A DNA stretch of 40,294 nucleotides from the NCBI GenBank assembly GCA_018920245.1, contig JAHLMS010000003.1, forward strand, positions 4,588 through 44,881, written 5' to 3'. Made by a program: the position numbers and the translations under genes. Positions 1 to 8,980 of the stretch are shown here, one piece after another (within the stretch, counting starts at the first letter, position 1; each line of letters begins with the position of its first letter). Origin of the DNA: Candidatus Aenigmatarchaeota archaeon. Lineage in GTDB: Archaea; Aenigmatarchaeota; Aenigmatarchaeia; Aenigmatarchaeales; JAHLMS01. The notes beneath the pieces were generated by a model that was given only the letters and a program-made list of their open reading frames with translations, was not told where the DNA came from and made no database searches.

Positions 1-15
1 AGCACACACAGGCAT

Positions 16-1230
16 TTATTTCACCGTTCCAACACCTATCAGCCGCCATCTATCGTTGACACGTCTGCTCAGTACAGCCTGCGCACCAACATCGCAGACT
101 ACTGGCAGCTTAAGTTCGATTTCCGTGATGCCCTTTTTGATAGCCTTTACTACGCCTACTGTTCGACTTGTTCCAACATTGAGCATAAGCATTTCTCCAG
201 GTTTTATCGGGTCTATTTTTGCGGCATCGATTGTGCGCTCCAGCATTCTTGTTTCGAGCGACAACGATAACCGCGTTGCCGGCAGCTCTACTCCAGCCAT
301 GGAACCTGCAAGGTTGTCCGCCTTTGTCAGGCTTGGGTCAAGAGCTGTCATCACACCTAACAGTCCTCCTGGTCCAGCCTCATTGATATCTCTGCCAGCT
401 TTCTGCAAACCAACAACCTTGGTTTTGAGAGGTTGCCATTTATCTTTGACCTGTATGCCGGGAGCTATCATTATCATATCACCAACCTTCAGCGTGCCTT
501 GTACAAGCGCACCGCCTAGCACACCACCCTTGATTTTTGATATTGGCGTGCCTGGCTTGTTGATGTCAAAGCTACGCACAATAAACATGCGCGCAGGCTT
601 TGAAGCGTCCCTGGCAGGCGTGATGATGTTTTCCTGTATTGCAGCTAGTAGCGCATCTATGCCTGCACCTTGCTGGGCGCTGACAGGTATTATCGGTGCA
701 TTCTCGGCAACCGAGCCATTGACGAATGCCTTTATCTGTTTGTAGTTCTCAAGTGCCTGATCATGGGTTACAAGGTCGATCTTGTTCTGGACAATTATTA
801 TGTTTTTTATTCCGACAGTATCGAGGACCATCAGGTGCTCTGCTGTCTGTGGTTGTGGACATTTCTCGTTTGCTGCAATTACAAGGAGTACGCCGTCCAT
901 GAGCGCCGCACCAGCCAGAACAGTGGCCATCAGCGTTTCGTGGCCAGGGGCATCAACGAAGCTCACTGTGCGTTGTGGTTCTGCAGGGCCTCCGCAATCG
1001 AGGCACTTGTTTGTGCTCAGAAGCTTGCCGCACTTAGGACACTTGTAGATTGTGGCATCAGCATAGCCAAGTTTTATCGTGATGCCGCGTTTCAGTTCTT
1101 CAGAATGTAGGGCAGGCCACTTGCCCGTGATTGCTTGCACGAGCGTGGACTTGCCGTGGTCGACGTGACCAAGTGTGCCAATGTTCGCTTCTGGAATCAA
1201 ACGCGGATCGATTTGTTCGAACTTACTCAC
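16..1230 (-). CDS. eif2g: Translation initiation factor aIF2 gamma subunit
   Basis: GHVDHGKS P-loop, HSEELKRGITIKLGYA, CxxC..CxxC zinc knuckle, DAPGHE, QNKID, RSFDINKPG and C-terminal WRLIG motifs. Confidence 0.98.
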   Translation of the reverse strand: MSKFEQIDPRLIPEANIGTLGHVDHGKSTLVQAITGKWPALHSEELKRGITIKLGYADATIYKCPKCGKLLSTNKCLDCGGPAEPQRTVSFVDAPGHETLMATVLAGAALMDGVLLVIAANEKCPQPQTAEHLMVLDTVGIKNIIIVQNKIDLVTHDQALENYKQIKAFVNGSVAENAPIIPVSAQQGAGIDALLAAIQENIITPARDASKPARMFIVRSFDINKPGTPISKIKGGVLGGALVQGTLKVGDMIMIAPGIQVKDKWQPLKTKVVGLQKAGRDINEAGPGGLLGVMTALDPSLTKADNLAGSMAGVELPATRLSLSLETRMLERTIDAAKIDPIKPGEMLMLNVGTSRTVGVVKAIKKGITEIELKLPVVCDVGAQAVLSRRVNDRWRLIGVGTVK

Positions 1231-1647
1231 CTATTTTTTCTCTTCGGTGGGCTTTTCGCTCTTCTCTTCCTTTACTTTGGGCTGTATGCCCAGTATGGCG
1301 CCGACGTCGCCCTCACCTGAAATTATTTTACAATTCACCTGCGCTATCGCATCGCTGACTGTGTTGCCACGCACATACTTGCGCTTGCGCATGCCCTTGC
1401 GCCATGGTTTGAAGCCCGGCGGTCCTGAGAGCAGCAATTTCTTTCTGCCCGGTCCCGGCACTTCGGCTCGCATCGGAAAGCCATCCTTGTCCGAGCCGCC
1501 TGTTATCTGCAAAGTAAATCCTGTAAGTCCTATAAGACTGCCATCGAAAGTGTCTCCTATCTTTAATCCGATCAGAGAAGGTACATCGCGCTCTATCTGG
1601 TACGCCTTACGCGTCTTCGGTTCACCAATCACTATTTTAAAAGGCAT
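1231..1647 (-). CDS. rps6e: 30S ribosomal protein S6e
   Basis: ITGGSDKDGFPMR and RKRKYVRGN motifs; GAGGTGA SD upstream; conserved position next to eif2g. Confidence 0.97.
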   Translation of the reverse strand: MPFKIVIGEPKTRKAYQIERDVPSLIGLKIGDTFDGSLIGLTGFTLQITGGSDKDGFPMRAEVPGPGRKKLLLSGPPGFKPWRKGMRKRKYVRGNTVSDAIAQVNCKIISGEGDVGAILGIQPKVKEEKSEKPTEEKK

Positions 1648-1655
1648 GCTATCAC

Positions 1656-1727
1656 CTCACCCAGTTCTGGCTGACACGGCCCGACGGCTCAAGGCCGTCA
1701 GTTACTCCAGCCACACATCCGGGTAAG
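1656..1727 (-). promoter_or_regulatory. Structured 5' leader (long interrupted hairpin) of rps6e
   Basis: On the minus strand CUUACCCGG/CUGGGUGAG, UGGCUG/CAGCCA and CUGACGGC/GCCGUCGG pair, with G-U pairs possible only on that strand; TTTATATA box at 1753-1746; the base of the stem overlaps the SD. Confidence 0.6.
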
Positions 1728-1756
1728 AGAGCATTGGCGCCAAGATATATAAATTT

Positions 1757-2437
1757 TCATCTTAGAATGTCCATCGGAACACCAAAACCCAAGAACCAGA
1801 GCACAGCAATTATTATGGGCTGGTGCATGAAATAAATCAATAGCGAGTGTCTACCTACCCATTCAAGCGGGCCGAATTTCAATTGCCATTTGAAGCTCCG
1901 TTCACCATCTGGATAAATCAACCTGCCAAAATATATGCCAAATGCATAGACACCGAGCCATGGCAAGAGTGGAAAATAGTCGAACGTTGCGAAGCTCGTT
2001 GGCAGTAGCCATAATAGATATGGGTTCGTGTTGCCGACTGTTGCCAATGCGAAGCAAGACATTGCGATCAATGCGAGCGCTCCCCCACGCAAACGCAGCA
2101 AGGGTATGGCGAGCACGCCAGCAAGCGCAAAGAAGTGCAGTATTCCAAAGATTATCCAGCCGCCTCTGAGTAATAGGAATGACAACGCCGTTATGATGCC
2201 CGCCGCAGCAGCGAGCTTTGCTGACCGCCAGACAATAGGCTTTATACTTCTATAGCGGTGCCAGCTTATGTGCGTGCATATTCCAGATATAAACATGAAG
2301 GAGCCAGCGATGGCAAACGCAACAACGACCGCCGGCGCTTGACCAGTTTTAAAATATGTGATATCGAACAGCGCATGGTAGGCTATCATTGCAATAACTG
2401 CTATGCTTCTGCCTATGTCCAGTTCAGAATAGCGCAT
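1757..2437 (-). CDS. DUF1624 / heparan-alpha-glucosaminide N-acetyltransferase-like membrane protein
   Basis: ELDIGRSIAVIAMIAYH start, FGILHF, DYFPLLPW and GRHSLLIYFMHQP motifs; multiple TM segments. Confidence 0.88.
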   Translation of the reverse strand: MRYSELDIGRSIAVIAMIAYHALFDITYFKTGQAPAVVVAFAIAGSFMFISGICTHISWHRYRSIKPIVWRSAKLAAAAGIITALSFLLLRGGWIIFGILHFFALAGVLAIPLLRLRGGALALIAMSCFALATVGNTNPYLLWLLPTSFATFDYFPLLPWLGVYAFGIYFGRLIYPDGERSFKWQLKFGPLEWVGRHSLLIYFMHQPIIIAVLWFLGFGVPMDILR

Positions 2438-2461
2438 GTTGTTGTTTTGTAATGCCTCTAT

Positions 2462-4189
2462 TTAAACGATTGCAGAGCCTAAGATCTGCTTTGCTAATAC
2501 TGCCTCTTCAGTTAGTCCCAGCTCTTCCAATACTTTCACGTCTGCATTGGTTATAATGACGCTCAACTCGTCGTTCTCGAAGATATGCCTGCCGACCTGT
2601 GGACCGTCGATGGAAACGGCTACGCGTTGCCCGGCTTTTGCCTCGAGAAGGCTCATGCCCTCGTGCTGTATTGCTTTGACCTCGCCTACTTCCTTTCCAT
2701 CCTTCTGCAATTTCACCCCGGGCTTGAGCACACCCGCGAGCACCTCTACGCCCACGATAGCCGGCTTGCTGATATGGAATACCATGCCCGGCAGCAGTTT
2801 GATTCGTGCGGGCCTCGTTATCGATGCGAGCTTCGCTTCTCTAAGTTTTGCACGCTCAGCTGAAAGCCAGCCCTCGAACTCCTCGATCAGACGATAGATT
2901 ACATTGCTCGAAATTATCTTCACATGCCTATCTGTCGCTTCCCTGATTATATCCGGATCAGCAGGCACGTTGAACGCAAGAATGACACGCTTTAGAGGAT
3001 CTGTTAACGCCTCAGATTCAACAATATCCCTGCGGTTCACGGGCCCGACATGCGCACGCTTTATCTGGATTTTTTTATCTTTAAGAACTGATATCAATGC
3101 CTCGAGGCTGCCAAGCGTGTCAGCGCGGATTATAACACCCTCCTCTGCGCTCTCGAACTCGATGGCCGAGATACTGGCTTGTAGTTCGGCTTTTGCTCTC
3201 TCTATCTGGTCATCTGAGCTTACAATGGCAATCGGGCTGCCAGCGATAGCTGTTTCGAGTTCAGGCGCTGCTATGCGTATGCCGGCTGCTGCGCTGACAG
3301 CATGCACAGGTTCAAATTCCTTTTCTACACGTATCTCTTTTAGAGGCTTTGGTTTAAGCAAGGCGCGTATCCTTGTGACTATCGGCTTTGGGCCACCGAC
3401 AATCAACCAATCTCCAGTATGCGCAGTGCCATCATAAAGCACGACATCAATAGTCATTCCCAGACCCCGTATCTCTTTCACCTCAAGAATGCTACCTTTA
3501 CCAGGACCGGTCGTCAGCTTGAGTTGTTCGCTTAGAAAGGCTTGTGCAAGACCAGAAAGTATCATAAGAAGTTCAGGTATGCCTTCGCCCGTCACACCGG
3601 AAACAGGCACTATGGCCACTGTCTTGCGAAAATCAGTGATACGATCAAAACGTTCGGATTCATAACCCCTTTCAGACAGCTGGCCTATAATACGATATAT
3701 AAGGCCATCAAGGATGTTCCTGACATGCTGCGGCTGCTTAGCAAGGCTCTCGTTGAACCCTGCACCTGGATGGCTGACCCAACCCTCCACACAGTCCACT
3801 TTCGTAGCTGCCACAAGAAAAGGCGTCCTGAACTCTTTGAGAATGCTCATGCTTTCCTCGGTCTGTTCCTGTATGCCCTCGTTGATGTCTATGACAAGTA
3901 TAGCGAGGTCTGCAATCGAACCTCCTCTGCGACGCATCGCAGTAAAGGCGGCATGGCCCGGCGTGTCGAGAAGCAAGAGACCAGGCACTTTCAGCTCTAT
4001 CTTCAATTTTTCAAGCAATGGCCCGGCTATCTTCCGTATCACGTCGGCCGGTATCTCGGAAGCGCCTGCATGCTGCGTTATAGCACCTGCTTCGCGGCTG
4101 GCGACGGCCGTGCCTCTAATCTTGTCTAACAGCGTGGTCTTGCCGTGGTCGACATGGCCGAGCACGGCTACTATCGGCTGTCTCATCAT
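2462..4189 (-). CDS. infB: Translation initiation factor aIF5B (IF-2)
   Basis: RQPIVAVLGHVDHGKT, REAGAITQH, DTPGH, RRRGGSIAD and DTLGSLEAL motifs. Confidence 0.98.
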   Translation of the reverse strand: MMRQPIVAVLGHVDHGKTTLLDKIRGTAVASREAGAITQHAGASEIPADVIRKIAGPLLEKLKIELKVPGLLLLDTPGHAAFTAMRRRGGSIADLAILVIDINEGIQEQTEESMSILKEFRTPFLVAATKVDCVEGWVSHPGAGFNESLAKQPQHVRNILDGLIYRIIGQLSERGYESERFDRITDFRKTVAIVPVSGVTGEGIPELLMILSGLAQAFLSEQLKLTTGPGKGSILEVKEIRGLGMTIDVVLYDGTAHTGDWLIVGGPKPIVTRIRALLKPKPLKEIRVEKEFEPVHAVSAAAGIRIAAPELETAIAGSPIAIVSSDDQIERAKAELQASISAIEFESAEEGVIIRADTLGSLEALISVLKDKKIQIKRAHVGPVNRRDIVESEALTDPLKRVILAFNVPADPDIIREATDRHVKIISSNVIYRLIEEFEGWLSAERAKLREAKLASITRPARIKLLPGMVFHISKPAIVGVEVLAGVLKPGVKLQKDGKEVGEVKAIQHEGMSLLEAKAGQRVAVSIDGPQVGRHIFENDELSVIITNADVKVLEELGLTEEAVLAKQILGSAIV

Positions 4190-4235
4190 AACATCATCTT
4201 ACCAGAATTGGCCGCCGGACCTTTAAAATGTTGCT

Positions 4236-4454
4236 TTAGCGTTCCTTCGTGATCAGCTTGTATAAAGTTCCAGTCCCTTTCAATATCTCATGCAGCTCAG
4301 TTACAATATTAAGATACTCTTCTTCCTTCGTGAACTCTTTTGAAGCATCGTACTGGCCAACTTCCGGGGCCCAACCCCTTTCTCTAACCTTCCTTATTAT
4401 CTCGAGCGGGCTGGCCCCCTCGCTGCTGAAATGAAACTTTACATATGTCCGCAT
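4236..4454 (-). CDS. Small hypothetical protein (~72 aa)
   Basis: Intact ORF; GAGGTGA SD 5 nt before the ATG at 4454; FSSEGASP motif; fills the gap between rpl24e and infB. Confidence 0.75.
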   Translation of the reverse strand: MRTYVKFHFSSEGASPLEIIRKVRERGWAPEVGQYDASKEFTKEEEYLNIVTELHEILKGTGTLYKLITKER

Positions 4455-4522
4455 TTTTGTCACCTCTTATGGAATAGAAAAATGAGACATGAAAAGTATT
4501 TAAGCATTTTGTGGTCTGAAGA

Positions 4523-4684
4523 TTACTTTTTCTTCTTTATCCAGTTGAGTTTCTTTGGTTCGCGGCCGAGCGCAGCATTGTTCTTACATTTCGAGCCGCA
4601 ATAGTACGCAATCCGGCCATCGTTCCAGACAAACATGCTTCCGCTACCGGAGGGTATTTCACGACCACATATGCTGCACTTCAT
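4523..4684 (-). CDS. rpl24e: 50S ribosomal protein L24e
   Basis: Below the ORF-track cutoff; manual translation MKCSICGREIPSGSGSMFVWNDGRIAYYCGSKCKNNAALGREPKKLNWIKKKK (CxxC...CxxxC, PKKLNW); conserved position after rps28e. Confidence 0.95.
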   Translation of the reverse strand: MKCSICGREIPSGSGSMFVWNDGRIAYYCGSKCKNNAALGREPKKLNWIKKKK

Positions 4685-4689
4685 TCCAT

Positions 4690-4917
4690 TCACCTTGGTT
4701 CGAGCGCACCGGCAGTTTCCATTTCTGTCTCTCGCAACATCAGTATATCGCCCAGTCGAACGGGTCCGAGCACATTGCGAATAAGTATCTTGCCAGCGTC
4801 CCTACCCTCAAGCACCTTGCAGCGCACCTGCATGACGCCCTTCACACCCGTCCTGCCCAGTAGCTGAACTACTTCAGCTGGTGTTGCATCTGCCGGTTTT
4901 TTTGCTTCTGCCGGCAT
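4690..4917 (-). CDS. rps28e: 30S ribosomal protein S28e
   Basis: [11 protein letters not shown]...QVRCKVLEG...[19 protein letters not shown]. Confidence 0.97.
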   Translation of the reverse strand: MPAEAKKPADATPAEVVQLLGRTGVKGVMQVRCKVLEGRDAGKILIRNVLGPVRLGDILMLRETEMETAGALEPR

Positions 4918-4925
4918 CGAAACCC

Positions 4926-5249
4926 TCAACCCTTGAGCTCCTTCAGCACCTCATCAAGAGCCTTCTTACCTTCGCCAGGTTCTATTATTGCTACAGCTGC
5001 TGTCGGAACGCCAATACCAGCTGCCCTGCCCAAATCCTGTTTCGACTTGACCTTTGTGTAAGCAATCTTCTTCTCATTACAAAGGGTTGGCAGGTGCATG
5101 ACTATCTCAGGTGGGCTAACGTCCTCTGCTACAATGACAAGCTTTGCAATTCCACGCTCGACGGCCTTCGTGGTCTCGTTTGTGCCTATGCGTACCTTTC
5201 CCGTGTTCTTGGCAAGTTCTACAGCGCGCAATATCTTGTCGGTTTCCAT
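4926..5249 (-). CDS. rpl7ae: 50S ribosomal protein L7Ae
   Basis: [31 protein letters not shown] and LGRAAG motifs; GAGGTGA SD. Confidence 0.97.
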   Translation of the reverse strand: METDKILRAVELAKNTGKVRIGTNETTKAVERGIAKLVIVAEDVSPPEIVMHLPTLCNEKKIAYTKVKSKQDLGRAAGIGVPTAAVAIIEPGEGKKALDEVLKELKG

Positions 5250-5251
5250 CC

Positions 5252-5283
5252 AATCACCTCATACTTTTGTCGGTTCATCTTTT
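5252..5283 (-). promoter_or_regulatory. Putative K-turn in the rpl7ae 5' UTR, overlapping the SD
   Basis: Minus-strand GAUGAACC...GGUGAUU gives a GAU bulge, tandem G.A/A.G pairs, then A-U, C-G, C-G; the GGUGA strand is the SD. Confidence 0.55.
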
Positions 5284-5323
5284 CATACTTTGCAAAGGTT
5301 TCGTTTCCTAACGTATTTAAACC

Positions 5324-6970
5324 TTATCTGTGGGCGTAGTAAAACGTCAGAGGCTTGGTTGAATCGCATCTGCAAAAGCCGATGCGTTCGAACTGCACTA
5401 TCGCATCCTTCTTCAGCTTTGCAGCCGCTGGCTCAACCATACCATTGATTTCTTTGCCATCCGGCATCACCAATTTCGCGTTCATGGCCTTTGCAGGTAC
5501 CCAATGTATTTTCGGTATGTCCTTCACAGGTTTCCCCGTAACCTTTGCATTCTTGTCGAGCACGATGTTGCAAAAATGCATGAGCCGCACTTCTCGGCCC
5601 TTGTTCGCCATGTAGTCGAGCTTGTCGATGAAGATTTTCCTGCTCGCAGGTATAGTCCTGTACTTGCGCTTGCCGGGATACAAGGGCGCCTTCACTGACC
5701 TTGTCACGAGCCTGTCCAATGTGATCTCGACCGGCTCTGCAACAAAGAAGTACCTGTTCGCGATCGCATCGATCATTTTTCTATTCTCGGCATATAGGTT
5801 GTCTATTGGTATGGTCACATCATGTTCTGTGACACCACCGGCCAGAACGAACGCCCGTATTGCATCTGGCAGGAAGCCCCGCTTGCGTAGCGATTGTAGT
5901 GACCATGTGCGCGGATCGTCCCAGCCCTTGAATATGCCCTTGGCAATTTCGAGCTGGGATTTTGATTTGCTTACCTTCACGCCTTCAATCCGTACAAGTC
6001 CGGTGTGCACTATCTGCGGATGTGGCCATCCAAAGACGTTCCAGATAAACCGTTCCATCTCAGATTCCATCATCAAATCCTTGCCACGCAAGATGTGCGT
6101 TATTCCGAGCAGATGATCATCTATTGCCCAGCTGAACTCGAGCAACGGCCATACCCTGTATTTATTCTTCACCCTCGGATGTGTGCGGGTTGTTATCCTG
6201 AACAATACACGGTCCCGGAACGCCGGGTTGGGATGCCCCATGTCAGTCTTCAGTCGTAGCACGGCCTGACCTTCAGCATATTTTCCTTCAAGCATGTCCT
6301 GCCACTTGGACATGTTCTCCTTTATGCTATAGTCCCTATGGTTGCATGGTATCCCATTAGCCCTATTGTGTTTGAGCTGGTCGTACGAGCATTCACAGAC
6401 ATATGCGAAGCCCTTCTCTATGAGCAGAACTGCATATTTGTAGTAGATGTTCAGCCTGTCCGACTTGAAAATTATTTTCGGGTCGAAGCGCACGCCGAGC
6501 CATTTCAGACCTTCAGGAATGAGATTGTAGGCTTCAGGCACTATCTGTTTCTGCGGCGAGCCCATAGTGTCATCGATTATCAGCAACAGTTTGCCCTTAT
6601 ATGCTCGCGCATACTCGTCATTCAAGATGTATGGTTTGGCGTTGCCGATATGCAATGGCCCAGACGGGAAGGGTGCGAGCCGCATTACGACCTTACCTTT
6701 TTTCGCTTCAGGTAACGGAGGCAGTCCTGTGCGCTCGGCCTTCTTTGGCTTCTCGATTTTGCCGAACTTCTTCAATTCAGCCTTCTGTTTCTCGATATTC
6801 CAAGAATTTACCTCCTTGACCACCTCTGCAACAGCCTTACTAACAGCAGCCATGTCGGCCTTTAGCTCCGGCTTCTCAGCAACAACCTTTCCTATTACGG
6901 CACTTGCATTGGCCTTGCCCCCGAACTCGATTGCATTCAGCAGAGCGTGCTTGAGAATAATGTCGCGCAT
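5324..6970 (-). CDS. gltX: Glutamyl-tRNA synthetase (archaeal type)
   Basis: RLAPFPSGPLHIGN (HIGH), NPAFRDRVLFR, THILRGKD, VSKS (KMSKS) and GWDDPRTW motifs; start placed at MRDII. Confidence 0.97.
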   Translation of the reverse strand: MRDIILKHALLNAIEFGGKANASAVIGKVVAEKPELKADMAAVSKAVAEVVKEVNSWNIEKQKAELKKFGKIEKPKKAERTGLPPLPEAKKGKVVMRLAPFPSGPLHIGNAKPYILNDEYARAYKGKLLLIIDDTMGSPQKQIVPEAYNLIPEGLKWLGVRFDPKIIFKSDRLNIYYKYAVLLIEKGFAYVCECSYDQLKHNRANGIPCNHRDYSIKENMSKWQDMLEGKYAEGQAVLRLKTDMGHPNPAFRDRVLFRITTRTHPRVKNKYRVWPLLEFSWAIDDHLLGITHILRGKDLMMESEMERFIWNVFGWPHPQIVHTGLVRIEGVKVSKSKSQLEIAKGIFKGWDDPRTWSLQSLRKRGFLPDAIRAFVLAGGVTEHDVTIPIDNLYAENRKMIDAIANRYFFVAEPVEITLDRLVTRSVKAPLYPGKRKYRTIPASRKIFIDKLDYMANKGREVRLMHFCNIVLDKNAKVTGKPVKDIPKIHWVPAKAMNAKLVMPDGKEINGMVEPAAAKLKKDAIVQFERIGFCRCDSTKPLTFYYAHR

Positions 6971-6992
6971 GGCACAATATGGCAAGGCTCAT

Positions 6993-7832
6993 TTAAAAAA
7001 TTACTATCCCGCAATATCCAACGATTGCGGACGCATCTTTTGATGTCTCGAAACTAGTGGTGTAGTCCACAATGCTTCCTTGTTTTGCACCTAGCTTCTG
7101 GGCCGCCCAAATAGCAGCAGCAATGGCACCATATCCGCATACCGTCCGGCTCTCACATGTTTCCATCAGCCGCTCTGGCATCAGCTTCGTTGCATAGCCA
7201 GCCACCTCCATATCCATCTCCTTTATCTTCTTGAGCGTCTGTGAGATGTTGCCTCTGAAAGGCATGTATCCGTATGCAGGACCGTAATGCGTGAAATCTG
7301 AGGATGCAACAACAAGAATTTTTCTTTTCAATATGTTCGAGGTTTCGGCAATCTTGTTCCCCAATGACCTCATGTGTTCGATGTCAAAAAAAGCGGGGTT
7401 TATCGATATCGGCACAAACTTGAAGTTTCCGAAACGATGTTGCAACCATGGTAGATGGACTTCTATTGAATGCTCGCGGAGATGGCTTCGGCTGTCAATG
7501 CTTACAATGTTGTTTGATGTTAGTTCCTTGACGAAATCATTATCGATACTGACAAGCCCAAGAGGCGTGCGCCATTGTCCGCTGTCCGTTGATATAGTGC
7601 CAATGCCTGCGTGGTTCGGACCGAGAATTATGGCAGTATCAAAGTCAGGCGCAATGCTGGCATAGACGGTTGCGGCAGTTTTTCCACAATATTTGTAACC
7701 TGCATGCGGCGCGACAGCCGCAATCACATGCTGAGCTTTTATATTCGTACGGAACCTTTCTAACAAACTGTGTAGTTCGCTTGCTGACATTGGATAGAAG
7801 GCGCCCGCCACAGCTGGCTCACGTATGTTCAT
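6993..7832 (-). CDS. amrB: AmmeMemoRadiSam system protein B (MEMO1 family)
   Basis: REPAVAGAFYP, PHAGY, GPNH, EHSIEV, SSDFTHYG, TVCGYG and VGY motifs. Confidence 0.95.
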   Translation of the reverse strand: MNIREPAVAGAFYPMSASELHSLLERFRTNIKAQHVIAAVAPHAGYKYCGKTAATVYASIAPDFDTAIILGPNHAGIGTISTDSGQWRTPLGLVSIDNDFVKELTSNNIVSIDSRSHLREHSIEVHLPWLQHRFGNFKFVPISINPAFFDIEHMRSLGNKIAETSNILKRKILVVASSDFTHYGPAYGYMPFRGNISQTLKKIKEMDMEVAGYATKLMPERLMETCESRTVCGYGAIAAAIWAAQKLGAKQGSIVDYTTSFETSKDASAIVGYCGIVIF

Positions 7833-7846
7833 AAGAATGATTGTGA

Positions 7847-8269
7847 TTACTTTTTAATATGCTTTTTGCTGTAAAGTATGATCGTCCTTCTTGTGTAAGG
7901 TTCCAACGGAAGCCTCAACGCTTTCTTTATCGGAACCCATACATGTTCTTGCCCTTCGGAATTCAGTTTAACTTTTGTAGATTTTGTTCTGCATGAAAAA
8001 TCAAAGAATATGAAATGCCTTTTTTTCCAGAATACATGATCGAATATGAATTCTTGAAAGCCTATAAACTCGATGTCGTGTATGTTCAGTCCTGTTTCTT
8101 CTTTTATTTCCCGTTTTAGTGCATCAACCATCCTTTCCCCAAGCTCGATATGTCCGCCAGGCATTACGTACTTCCCTCTCCACTTGTGCGATTTTATCAG
8201 GAGGATTTCGTTCTTTTTGTTGAATATCAGGGCCCCGACAGTCGGCTCAGGAAATTGTTGCTGTGACAT
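7847..8269 (-). CDS. NUDIX hydrolase
   Basis: Nudix box GGHIELGERMVDALKREIKEETG; start placed at MSQQQ to avoid overlapping rps2. Confidence 0.92.
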   Translation of the reverse strand: MSQQQFPEPTVGALIFNKKNEILLIKSHKWRGKYVMPGGHIELGERMVDALKREIKEETGLNIHDIEFIGFQEFIFDHVFWKKRHFIFFDFSCRTKSTKVKLNSEGQEHVWVPIKKALRLPLEPYTRRTIILYSKKHIKK

Positions 8270-8282
8270 AGAATCAAAAAAT

Positions 8283-8927
8283 TCATTTTTTGCGCGTTCT
8301 TGACCTTCGTTTTCGTTCCGGTCGCTCCTCTTTGCGCTCGATGCGAGTCTCGGCTTCGGCCATCTCAAACTCCTCAGGCTTAGGCGTGAACTCTTCGTCA
8401 GCCTTTATCGTGCCACGCACCTTTAGTATCTCTCGGGCGAGCAGCCAGTAGACCATCGCTATTGCCTTACGGCCCTTGTTATTGACAGGAATTATCAGGT
8501 CTATGCATGCTGTCTCGTTCAATGTGTCACACAGACTGACAATCGGAATGCGAGCTTTCATGGCTTCAATGATTGCCTGTTTGTCGACCAACGGGTCGGT
8601 GATTATGACGACGTCCGGTTCATAGTAGCCTGGAAACGCTGGATTCGTTATCGTGCCTGGAAGAAATCTGCCTATCACAGCCTTGCCACCTATGGTTTCA
8701 GCGAACTTTGTAACAGGCCTATGGCCGACCAGCTTTCGACTTACCACAAGTGGTCTGTTGAACTTAGCAATGAAAGCCGCAGCTATCTGTATGCGCTTCT
8801 CTATCGTGGCGAGGTCAAGTATTGCCAAGCCATCCTCGCGTATCTTGTAGACGAAGCGCTTCATGTCAGCGGTTGTCTGGCGCATGCCTATATGCATACC
8901 CGAAGACAGATAGTTTTCGTAAGGCAT
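8283..8927 (-). CDS. rps2: 30S ribosomal protein S2
   Basis: YLSSGMHIG, GRFLPGTITNP, DPLVDKQAI and PVNNKGRKA motifs. Confidence 0.97.
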   Translation of the reverse strand: MPYENYLSSGMHIGMRQTTADMKRFVYKIREDGLAILDLATIEKRIQIAAAFIAKFNRPLVVSRKLVGHRPVTKFAETIGGKAVIGRFLPGTITNPAFPGYYEPDVVIITDPLVDKQAIIEAMKARIPIVSLCDTLNETACIDLIIPVNNKGRKAIAMVYWLLAREILKVRGTIKADEEFTPKPEEFEMAEAETRIERKEERPERKRRSRTRKK

Positions 8928-8945
8928 GAACAACCTTCATAGCTG

Positions 8946-8961
8946 GAATATTTAAATATTC
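8946..8961. promoter_or_regulatory. Palindromic bidirectional TATA element GAATATTTAAATATTC
   Basis: Perfect 16-bp palindrome; TTTAAATA on each strand begins 29-30 nt before the divergent ATGs at 8927 and 8981. Confidence 0.65.
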
Positions 8962-8980
8962 GCACTGTCAGCAGTTTAGC

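Noticed and set aside
1698-1718. 6-codon uORF (MCGWSN) inside the rps6e leader
   Set aside because: No SD and fully embedded in the hairpin; likely chance without conservation data
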